From positions 4,773-68,772 of the forward strand of contig JAPLDF010000006.1 of NCBI GenBank assembly GCA_026391835.1: a stretch of DNA of 64,000 bases, read 5' to 3'. Below the pieces are notes generated by a model that was not told the origin of the DNA, did not search any database, and saw only the letters and a program-made list of their open reading frames with translations. Each line of letters begins with the position of its first letter. Position 1 is the first letter of the stretch. A program made the position numbers and the translations under genes. Of the stretch, positions 36,743-44,661 are shown one piece after another. The DNA is from Bacteroidota bacterium. GTDB lineage: Bacteria > Bacteroidota > Bacteroidia > Bacteroidales > FEN-979.

Positions 36743-36778
36743 GTTGATGGATGGGTTGATGGATGGGTTGATGGGTTT
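36743..36778. repeat. 12-mer tandem repeat (GTTGATGGATGG) x about 2.7, starting 7 nt upstream of the ygeW start codon
   Basis: gttgatggatgg gttgatggatgg gttgatgg, read directly. The ygeW ATG occupies 36736-36734 on the minus strand. Confidence 0.85.
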
Positions 36779-36786
36779 GTATTGTT

Positions 36787-36846
36787 GGTGAAAAAGGGCG
36801 GAGGTCCTGGTGAAAAAGGGCGGAGGTCCTGGTGAAAAAGGGCGGA
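36787..36846. repeat. 22-bp tandem repeat (GGTGAAAAAGGGCGGAGGTCCT) x 2.7; the last copy merges into the ygeY terminator
   Basis: Units lie at 36787-36808, 36809-36830 and 36831-36846 (partial). Confidence 0.9.
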
Positions 36847-36859
36847 TATGAATCCGCCC
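36831..36859 (-). terminator. Rho-independent terminator of ygeY
   Basis: The minus strand reads GGGCGGAT-TCAT-ATCCGCCC followed by TTTTTCACC, 22 nt downstream of the ygeY stop. Confidence 0.7.
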
Positions 36860-36880
36860 AGACAGGGGCGGGGATGTATC

Positions 36881-38074
36881 TTACTCTGACAGGTAGTACA
36901 CCAGCGCAGTGTAGAAGGCAGATGCGGCCACCAGGTCGCTCACAGGCACCTTTTCGTTGGGGGCATGTGCCAGCACCTCATTCCCGGGGCCAAACCCGAT
37001 GCATGGGATCTTGTAGTACCCGTTGATGGTGACACCATTGGTAGAGAAGGTCCATTTGTCGGTAATCGGCTCTTTGTCGAAAAGGCCGGCAAAGGCCTCC
37101 TGCGCGCGGACAACCAGGTGATGGTCTTCTTCAATCTTCCAGGTAGGATAATACTTCTCCATGCCATAGCGAAGCCCGGTATACGCTGTTTCTTCATATT
37201 GCAGCACTTCAACCACGGCGTCCATATCCTTGATGATTTCACTTATTTCAGCTACGGCAGATTCTTTGGTCTCGCCCCAGGTAAGGCGGCGGTCGAGATG
37301 GATACGGGCATAGTCGGCCACGGCGCATAAGGAAGGGCTCCCGGAGACAAATTCCGAAACGGTCACGCTGCCTTTCCCAAGAAAATCATCGGAGGTCAAT
37401 CTTTCGTTCAGTTTTTCGATCTCCAGGCATACACGCGAGGCCATGTAGATCGCATTTTTTCCACGTTCGGGTGCTGATCCGTGTGAAGAGATGCCCTTGA
37501 AGGTGACGGCAATTTCCATCCTTCCGCGGTGGCCGCGATAGATGTTGAGATTGGTTGGTTCGGTGATGACAACAAAATCAGGAATGATCTTGTCCTCTTC
37601 AACGATATATTTCCAGCACAGGCCATCGCAATCCTCCTCGATGACGGTCCCGGTGAAATAAATCGTGAGGTCGCGGTCGAACGCAAGTTCCTTCAGGATA
37701 CGGCCGGCTGTGACAAACGCGGCAGGACCGCCTTTCTGGTCCACGGTTCCGCGGCCAAAAACAAAACCATCACGTATGTCCCCTGAAAACGGATCATCTG
37801 TCCAGTTGGCAAGGTTCCCGGTATCTACCGTATCGATATGTCCGTCGAAAGCAAGGATTTTGCTGCCGTTGCCAATACGGCCGATCACATTGCCCAGGCC
37901 ATCGGTGCGGACCTCATCGAATCCGGCTTCCACCATCTGCCGCTTCAACTCTTCGGCCATGGCTTGTTCACCGGTGCTGAGCGATTTGATTTTTACGAGT
38001 TTTGAGAGGTTCCCGGCAGTGTAATCTTTGTAAGATTCCGCCAGGGAGTTGATTTTTAAGAGAAGTTCTTCCAA
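36881..38074 (-). CDS. ygeY: YgeY-family M20 metallohydrolase (selenium metabolism-linked hydrolase family)
   Basis: 397 aa with LVKIKSLSTGEQAMAEELKRQMVEAGFDEV, GHIDTVD and VIEEDCDG. The apparent start is TTG at 38074; the first in-frame ATG would delete conserved N-terminal sequence. Confidence 0.85.
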   Translation of the reverse strand: MEELLLKINSLAESYKDYTAGNLSKLVKIKSLSTGEQAMAEELKRQMVEAGFDEVRTDGLGNVIGRIGNGSKILAFDGHIDTVDTGNLANWTDDPFSGDIRDGFVFGRGTVDQKGGPAAFVTAGRILKELAFDRDLTIYFTGTVIEEDCDGLCWKYIVEEDKIIPDFVVITEPTNLNIYRGHRGRMEIAVTFKGISSHGSAPERGKNAIYMASRVCLEIEKLNERLTSDDFLGKGSVTVSEFVSGSPSLCAVADYARIHLDRRLTWGETKESAVAEISEIIKDMDAVVEVLQYEETAYTGLRYGMEKYYPTWKIEEDHHLVVRAQEAFAGLFDKEPITDKWTFSTNGVTINGYYKIPCIGFGPGNEVLAHAPNEKVPVSDLVAASAFYTALVYYLSE

Positions 38075-38163
38075 GGTTCACGCAATTTAAAGGTTCAAAT
38101 TGCCGGTAAAGTTACGAATCTTCTTTTCAATCACGGTGATGAATCCGGGCACGACAAGGAAGA

Positions 38164-39684
38164 TCAGATGTAGTTTTCATTCATCCGCCTGATTCGCAGG
38201 TTCCTCCGTGACTGGTAGCGGCCGATGCCGATGCCGATGATGAGCAAGATGGGCAGCAGGAAGTTGAGGTACTTGAGCATCACCTTTTTTGCATCATCCA
38301 TCTGGTCGATCGGGCGGGAAGTCACCTCCTTGGTACGCAGGTCGATCAGCCCGGTATCGTCCGACAGCCAGTCGATCGAATTGACCATGAGGTTCAGGTT
38401 GTCAGGCTGGATCTGCCTTGCCTGCTGTCCTTCCCCGTTGGCCGGGAAATCACCGTCGGAGATAATGATCATGCGGGAATTCATGTTTCCCGACAGCCTG
38501 CCACTGGCAAGGGCGCCCACGATCAATCCCGACCGGGGAAAGTCCTGCTGCTGCCAGTTCCTGTTGATGTTAAAGGTCAATGGCGGATTTTCGGTCCCCG
38601 ACTTATCAGAAGTGGTGGCGAGGGAAGTCAGGGTGATGCCACCGCCCTGGGGAAGGAAATCGATGGAACTTGCAAATTGAAGCAGTACCGAGGTGAGTCC
38701 CTTCGTCACCGGGTGGTCGGCGAATTTTGTAATGACCGGCAGGTAAGGGAACCGCATGTTCGACTGGAAGGACATATAGCCCTGTTGCTGGTTCACCATC
38801 ACGGTCCCGCAGTTCTGGTCGACGATGAAGTTGGGGTTTACCCGGACACCTTTGGTTTCAAGCCATTTTTCCAGCCCGGTTTTTATTTCGGTTCCCGAAA
38901 CCGTCTGAAGATCGCCATTCACGCGGTTCATGGCGATACAGATGCTTTTTCCCGCAGCCAGGAATTCGTCAAGTTTTCCAAGATGCGCGGGCGGAAAACT
39001 ATCCCGCGGACTGATGATTACCAGTGTTTTATAGTTCATAAGGTTGATTGAAACCTCATCCAGTTTTACCGGCTCAACGTCGTATAGCACCAAAAGGGAT
39101 TGCATGACCTGTGCAAGAGAATTCAGGGACGTTTCACCATGTCCCTGGAGGATACCCACCTTGGGTTTATTTTCGACTGTCATCTTTTTAATGCTGGTCG
39201 ACAGGCTGTACTCCATGGCCGAACCCGACTGGATTAAGGGGATCACCTCTTTCTGATCTCCATAATGAACAACTGCGCCCAGGTATGCTTTCTGCTGCTT
39301 TACCTGGTCCTTTTCGCGGACATTGATCAGTACCGGGCTGATCCCTTCCTGCATTGTTTTTTGTTCGGTCGCGTCATCCTTGTTCGGGTTGATGAATTCA
39401 AACATCACCTTCCCCTTCGACCGGTTCGAATATTCAATGAGTTCCTCCCTGAAATCGCGGCGCAGCTGGGCGAACTGCTGGGGAAGTTCCTCACTGATGT
39501 AGGCTGTGACCGTTACCGGCTTCTTCAGTGTTTCGAGGATGTTTTTGGTGGGTTCGCTCAGGGTGTATCGTTTATCGGCGGTGAAATCGAGGCGGAGAAA
39601 GAAACGGTCACCCAGGAGATTGACAAAAATGATCACCCCGACGATCAATAAAATGTATGTGTAGACTGATTTACTGCTCTTCAT
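38164..39684 (-). CDS. gldG: Gliding-motility ABC transporter auxiliary protein GldG
   Basis: ATG 39684 gives MKSSKSVYTYILLIVGVIIFVNLLGDRFFLRLDFTADKRYTLS. A C-terminal TM segment is present. It lies downstream of gldA and gldF. Confidence 0.8.
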   Translation of the reverse strand: MKSSKSVYTYILLIVGVIIFVNLLGDRFFLRLDFTADKRYTLSEPTKNILETLKKPVTVTAYISEELPQQFAQLRRDFREELIEYSNRSKGKVMFEFINPNKDDATEQKTMQEGISPVLINVREKDQVKQQKAYLGAVVHYGDQKEVIPLIQSGSAMEYSLSTSIKKMTVENKPKVGILQGHGETSLNSLAQVMQSLLVLYDVEPVKLDEVSINLMNYKTLVIISPRDSFPPAHLGKLDEFLAAGKSICIAMNRVNGDLQTVSGTEIKTGLEKWLETKGVRVNPNFIVDQNCGTVMVNQQQGYMSFQSNMRFPYLPVITKFADHPVTKGLTSVLLQFASSIDFLPQGGGITLTSLATTSDKSGTENPPLTFNINRNWQQQDFPRSGLIVGALASGRLSGNMNSRMIIISDGDFPANGEGQQARQIQPDNLNLMVNSIDWLSDDTGLIDLRTKEVTSRPIDQMDDAKKVMLKYLNFLLPILLIIGIGIGRYQSRRNLRIRRMNENYI

Positions 39685-39721
39685 AGTTCTTTCCTGTTTA
39701 AGCTTTTGACAAATCCGGAAA

Positions 39722-40447
39722 TTAATTTGACACGCTGCGTCTTGAAAGGACCAGCTCCGTTCCAAGAAGTCCGCCGAAAATGATGGAGATGAAATAAAGG
39801 ATATCCTTTGAATCGATCACTCCGCGGGCCATCGATTCAAAATGCGTGGCGAGGCTCAGGTAGCCGAGCAGCCCTGCAAACCATCCTCCCGAAGTGCTGC
39901 TCACAAGGCCGAAGATGAGATGGAAGAATATCCCGATGAAGAGGGCAACCAGGAATGCCACAATCTGGTTGGATGTAATGCTGCTGGCCAGGATGCCGAT
40001 GCTGATGTAGGATGCGCTCATGAACAGAAGCCCGAGATAGCCCATGAGTACTGCCCCGTGATCGATCTTGCCGATGTTGGCGACCGTGAGGTAATATGGC
40101 AGGGTAAGCAACAGGGTGATGCAGATCAGCAGGAATGCTGCCAGGAATTTACCGGCAATGATCTGCCAATCGCTCACGGGCTTGGTAACCAGCAATTCAA
40201 GGGTTCCCGATTTCCGTTCCTCCGCAAGCAACCCCATCGTGATGGCGGGAATGAAGAAAAAGAGCGTCCAGAATGAGATTCCGAAAAAGGATTGCAGGCT
40301 GGCCTGCCCGACAAGAAAAATGTCACTTCCGAAGATCCAGGTAAAGAAACCGCTGAATCCCAGGAACAGGATGATGATGACATAGGCCATCAGAGAATCG
40401 AAGAATGACCTGAGTTCTCTCTTGGCGATGATCCAGATCTTGTTCAT
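39722..40447 (-). CDS. gldF: Gliding-motility ABC transporter permease GldF
   Basis: 241 aa with FFDSLMAYVIIILFLGFSGFF and IPAITMGLLAEERKSGTLELLVTKPVS. Confidence 0.82.
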   Translation of the reverse strand: MNKIWIIAKRELRSFFDSLMAYVIIILFLGFSGFFTWIFGSDIFLVGQASLQSFFGISFWTLFFFIPAITMGLLAEERKSGTLELLVTKPVSDWQIIAGKFLAAFLLICITLLLTLPYYLTVANIGKIDHGAVLMGYLGLLFMSASYISIGILASSITSNQIVAFLVALFIGIFFHLIFGLVSSTSGGWFAGLLGYLSLATHFESMARGVIDSKDILYFISIIFGGLLGTELVLSRRSVSN

Positions 40448-40575
40448 ATATCTGTTTGTTTATGTATTGGTTGAAGTTTACATTTCAGGTAAATTACCTC
40501 ATCCCCCGACCCCTGCTCCTCAAGGGGAAGGGGAGTTTCCTCTCCTTGAGGAGAGGGTTTGGGTGATGTATTTGA

Positions 40576-41508
40576 TCAATTTGTTACAGTAAGGTCACGG
40601 AACACCTCTTCGAGTTTCCGTTCAACGGGTGTCATTTCTGTGAGCGACCATCCTTTGTCGACGCACAGTCTAAAAATGGCCTTGCGCGAGTTCATGGCCG
40701 CCTTGCTCTGCACCTCGAAGGCCTGGGTGTTGTGCGGGAGAAGGTCGACAAGTTCAACGGTTTCAAGGCCCTGGAGACTGCTGTATATTTCGTTCCGGTC
40801 CCCGTCTTCAATGGTCACCTTTACAATCTCTTTGTCCTGGGCTTGTTTGCGAAGTGTGGTTGCAGTGCTGTCGGCAACCAGCTTCCCCTTGTTGATGATG
40901 AGGATGCGGTCGCAGGTGGCTTCCACTTCGGCAAGGATATGCGAACTGAGGATCACGGTCTTTTCGCGGCCGATCTTTTTGATGAGCTCCCTGATTTCGA
41001 CGATCTGGTTGGGATCGAGTCCGGAGGTAGGCTCGTCGAGTATTAGCACGGCAGGATCATGGATCAGCGCCTGTGCCAGGCCGACGCGCTGCTGGTAGCC
41101 CTTGGAGAGTTCGCCGATTTTCTTGAACTTCTCGCCTTTCAACCCGCAAACGTTGACCATTTCGAAGATCCGGTCGCGGATTCTTGGCTTGGGCACATTC
41201 TGGATCTCCGCAACAAATTTCAGGTAGTCGATTACCGGCATCTCCTTGTAGAGCGGGTTTGTCTCCGGGAGATAACCGATGTGCCGTTTCACCTCCTCGG
41301 GATTGGCCTGCACCGACATCCCTCCTACCTTTACATCTCCTTCGTTGGGGGCCATGAAACAGGTGATGATCTTCATGGTGGTGGTTTTGCCGGCGCCGTT
41401 TGGCCCGAGAAAGCCGACAATCTCACCCGTATTCACCTTGAACGAGATGGAGTCTACCGCTTTCTGAAAGCCATAGCTTTTCGTCAGGTTTTCAACACTT
41501 ACTTCCAT
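40576..41508 (-). CDS. gldA: Gliding-motility ABC transporter ATP-binding protein GldA
   Basis: VENLTKSYGFQKAVDSISFKVNTGEIVGFLGPNGAGKTTTMKIIT, the signature LSKGYQQR, and LILDEPTSGLD. Confidence 0.85.
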   Translation of the reverse strand: MEVSVENLTKSYGFQKAVDSISFKVNTGEIVGFLGPNGAGKTTTMKIITCFMAPNEGDVKVGGMSVQANPEEVKRHIGYLPETNPLYKEMPVIDYLKFVAEIQNVPKPRIRDRIFEMVNVCGLKGEKFKKIGELSKGYQQRVGLAQALIHDPAVLILDEPTSGLDPNQIVEIRELIKKIGREKTVILSSHILAEVEATCDRILIINKGKLVADSTATTLRKQAQDKEIVKVTIEDGDRNEIYSSLQGLETVELVDLLPHNTQAFEVQSKAAMNSRKAIFRLCVDKGWSLTEMTPVERKLEEVFRDLTVTN

Positions 41509-41552
41509 AAGTATTTCATTTTAAACAGATGCTGAACGTTACAAATCGGCGA

Positions 41553-41560
41553 CAAAAATA
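41553..41560 (-). promoter_or_regulatory. Candidate -7 box (TATTTTTG on the minus strand) for gldA
   Basis: Exact TAnnTTTG match 45 nt upstream of ATG 41508. Confidence 0.25.
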
Positions 41561-41703
41561 AAAAAAAAGCAAAAAATCAAAAGCATGCTCGCATGTTTTT
41601 TTTACTTTTAGCAATGAAATGATGCAAAGTGATTTATTGGCAGGAATTTACGCCTGGCAACATAAATTACGTCGGACCAGGAATACTTATACCAATTGAA
41701 AAA

Positions 41704-44661
41704 ATGAGCAACGACGAACTGCTGGAAACAAGGGAAAGCCTGGAACTTATCTTCAACCTCAGCCCTGATATGATTCTGATTAGCCGCCTGACTGATGGTT
41801 GTCTTGTACGTGTCAATGACGGCTTTACCCGGCTTACCGGCTATATGCATACCGAGGCGATTGGCAAATCCACACTGGAAGTCAATCTCTGGAAAAATCC
41901 CGGGGATCGTCAAAAGTTGCTCACCATACTTACCGAAACCGGGATGTGTGAAAACCTGGAAACGATTTTTCGGCGCAAAGACGGAAGTGAATTCGTTGGC
42001 ATGGTCGCGGCCAAACTCATATCCTTGCAGGGCGTACCCCACATCATCAGCGTGACAAGGGATTTTACCAGGCACAAACAGGCAGAAAAGTCTCTCAGCG
42101 AATCAGAGGCCCGTTACCAGGATCTGTACGAAAACGCACCTGATATGTTCCTCTCCGTCGAACCCCAAACACGAAAAATAGTACAGTGTAATCAAACGAC
42201 CATGAGGATGACGGGCTTTGAAAAGCATGAAATCATCGGCAGGCCGATCTTTGATTTGTACCACCCTGGTTGTATTGAGATTGCCAAACAGGCTTTTCAA
42301 CATTTTATTGAAACAGGGAAAGTGCAAGATACTGAACTCCAGGTTTGCTGCAAGGATGGAAGTTTGCTCGATATAAGTCTGAATGTTACGGCAGTAAAGG
42401 ATGAAAAGGGCAACATCATTCTGAGCCGGTCAAGTTGGCGTGACATCACCGAACACAGGAAGGCAGAACAAGCGTCCAGGCAGAGTGAAGAGAAATTCCG
42501 TTCGCTCTATGCCAATATGAACGAAGGTTCAGGCCTGCACACCCTTGTATATAACGACGAGGGTGTTCCTGAAGATTATCGAATCATTGAGATCAACCCG
42601 GCGTTCGAGGCTCAACTTGGAATTTCGCGCGAAACTGTCATTAACAAAACAAGCAGGGAAGCTTACGGAGTTACGGAGCCTCCCTACTTTGACATCTATT
42701 CAAGGGTTGCCATGACAGGAAAACCTGAGGTTTTCGAAACCTATTTTGCCCCGATGCAAAAACATTTCTCGATTTCGGTCTACTGTCCATACAAGGACAG
42801 TTTTGCAACCATCTTTGAAAACATCACCGACCGGAAGAATGCCGACCTAGCATTAAATATAAGTCTTACCAAATACAAAGCTCTGTTCGATGTTCTTCCC
42901 GTCGGAATTACAATTTCGGATGCTGAAGGCCATATCATCGAGTCAAATAAAGTTGCCGGGACGTTACTGGGGATCTCGCCCGAAGAGCAGGAAAAGCGTT
43001 TGATAAACGGGGAAGAATGGAGCATCATCAGGCCTGATGGCACCATCATGCCCGCATCTGAATATCCCAGCGTCCGCGCTCTGACCGAAAGACGCCAGAT
43101 AGACAACAAGGTGATGGGCATCGTTAAAGATGGCCGCCAGGTTACCTGGATCAATGTTTCGGCTGCTCCAGTACCGCTTGAAGGATATGGCGTAGCCATT
43201 GCTTACAGCGACATCACCGAACAAAAAAAAGGGGAAGCAGGTCTCTTAAAGGCCATGCTGGATGCGGAAACGGCTAACAAGGCAAAGAGTATGTTCCTGG
43301 CCAATATGAGCCATGAGATCAGGACACCGTTGAATGCAATTATCGGGTTTTCCCAACTTTTGAAACGCGATAAAACATTATCGGAAATCCAGAAAGAGTA
43401 TAATGTTTCCATTATCCGTGCCGGTGAGCATCTCTTGACGCTGATCAACGACATTCTTGAACTTTCGAAAGTGGAAGCAGGCCGGATTGTGTTAAATCCT
43501 GTCAATGTTGATCTGCATAAGTTTTGCAAAGACCTCCAGCTGATTTTCAGGGAGAGGGCGCAATCAAAACATCTTCAGTTTGTTTTTGAAACCGCCGATA
43601 ATCTCCCGCGTCACGCAGCCATTGACGAAAGTAAATTACGACAGATATTTATCAATTTAATAGGCAATGCGATAAAATTCACGGATGAAGGCGGGGTCAC
43701 GGTGCGTGTCCGTTACAAGAAAGTCATCAATGGCTCCGGCTACCTCCATGTGGAAATTCAGGATACCGGTGCAGGCATTGCCGATGATGAACTCACGAAC
43801 CTGTTTAAACCCTTCATACAAACAACCACCGGAATTAAAAAAGGGAGCGGCAGTGGTTTAGGGCTTGCTCTGAGCCGCGAACTGGCCATTCTCATGGGGG
43901 GAGACATCACGGTATCAAGTAAGGCTGGTGCAGGTTCAGTGTTTGCTTTTCATGTCGGAATAAACGAAGGACAGCGCCCTGATGGAGAATCGGCCACCAC
44001 AAAACATGTTGTCAGCATTGATAAAGCCCGGAAGACGTACCGTATATTGGTGGTCGACGATAAACCGGAGAACCTGCAGGCTGTTGTAACCCTCCTGCGG
44101 GTGGTGGGATTTGAAACACATGAAGCAGCGAACGGGGAGGATGCGATTGGTCAGGTTGAGAAGTGGGCACCTGATCTCATTATCATGGATTTGCGCATGC
44201 CGGTGATGGATGGGTATGAAGCGACCCGCCGGATAAAATCAACAGGGAAAGGAGCGGATATACCGGTTATTGTACTTACTGCCAGCACCTTTGTCGACGA
44301 CCGGGATAGAATTGAAGCCATCGGTATACAAGGGTTTGTCTGTAAACCGTTCCTTGAAAACGAATTGTTTGATGTTATCGGGAAAGTGCTTAACATTACA
44401 TACGTTTACGAGGATGAAATTTCTTCGTCGCAAACCTACAAGGATGATGTTGAAGTTTTCACCGCTGATGTGGAAAAATTGCCGGACGGTTTGCGGTTGA
44501 AGATGTTGGAAGCCCTGGGTGTTGCAGATATCCGGCAGCTGAAAAAACTCATCAGCACCATTGACCGGAATAATTCCAGCCTTGCACAGGTTCTCATGAC
44601 CCTGGCTAAAAATTATGACTATGATCATTTAAAACTTATCCTGACTAAAAACACAAAATGA
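41704..44661 (+). CDS. Hybrid sensor histidine kinase: about 4 PAS domains, HisKA, HATPase_c, receiver, and a helical C-terminal domain
   Basis: H-box MFLANMSHEIRTPLNAIIGF, the G-boxes, and receiver ILVVDDKPENL...DLIIMDLRMPVMDG. ATG 41704 is preferred over GTG 41629. Confidence 0.85.
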   Translation: MSNDELLETRESLELIFNLSPDMILISRLTDGCLVRVNDGFTRLTGYMHTEAIGKSTLEVNLWKNPGDRQKLLTILTETGMCENLETIFRRKDGSEFVGMVAAKLISLQGVPHIISVTRDFTRHKQAEKSLSESEARYQDLYENAPDMFLSVEPQTRKIVQCNQTTMRMTGFEKHEIIGRPIFDLYHPGCIEIAKQAFQHFIETGKVQDTELQVCCKDGSLLDISLNVTAVKDEKGNIILSRSSWRDITEHRKAEQASRQSEEKFRSLYANMNEGSGLHTLVYNDEGVPEDYRIIEINPAFEAQLGISRETVINKTSREAYGVTEPPYFDIYSRVAMTGKPEVFETYFAPMQKHFSISVYCPYKDSFATIFENITDRKNADLALNISLTKYKALFDVLPVGITISDAEGHIIESNKVAGTLLGISPEEQEKRLINGEEWSIIRPDGTIMPASEYPSVRALTERRQIDNKVMGIVKDGRQVTWINVSAAPVPLEGYGVAIAYSDITEQKKGEAGLLKAMLDAETANKAKSMFLANMSHEIRTPLNAIIGFSQLLKRDKTLSEIQKEYNVSIIRAGEHLLTLINDILELSKVEAGRIVLNPVNVDLHKFCKDLQLIFRERAQSKHLQFVFETADNLPRHAAIDESKLRQIFINLIGNAIKFTDEGGVTVRVRYKKVINGSGYLHVEIQDTGAGIADDELTNLFKPFIQTTTGIKKGSGSGLGLALSRELAILMGGDITVSSKAGAGSVFAFHVGINEGQRPDGESATTKHVVSIDKARKTYRILVVDDKPENLQAVVTLLRVVGFETHEAANGEDAIGQVEKWAPDLIIMDLRMPVMDGYEATRRIKSTGKGADIPVIVLTASTFVDDRDRIEAIGIQGFVCKPFLENELFDVIGKVLNITYVYEDEISSSQTYKDDVEVFTADVEKLPDGLRLKMLEALGVADIRQLKKLISTIDRNNSSLAQVLMTLAKNYDYDHLKLILTKNTK

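Noticed and set aside
40516-40553. A 10-bp inverted repeat CTCCTCAAGG-N18-CCTTGAGGAG between gldA and gldF
   Set aside because: It could be an intra-operon stem-loop, but it has no U tract, is a single occurrence in the window, and has nothing else to support a function. It is noted only.
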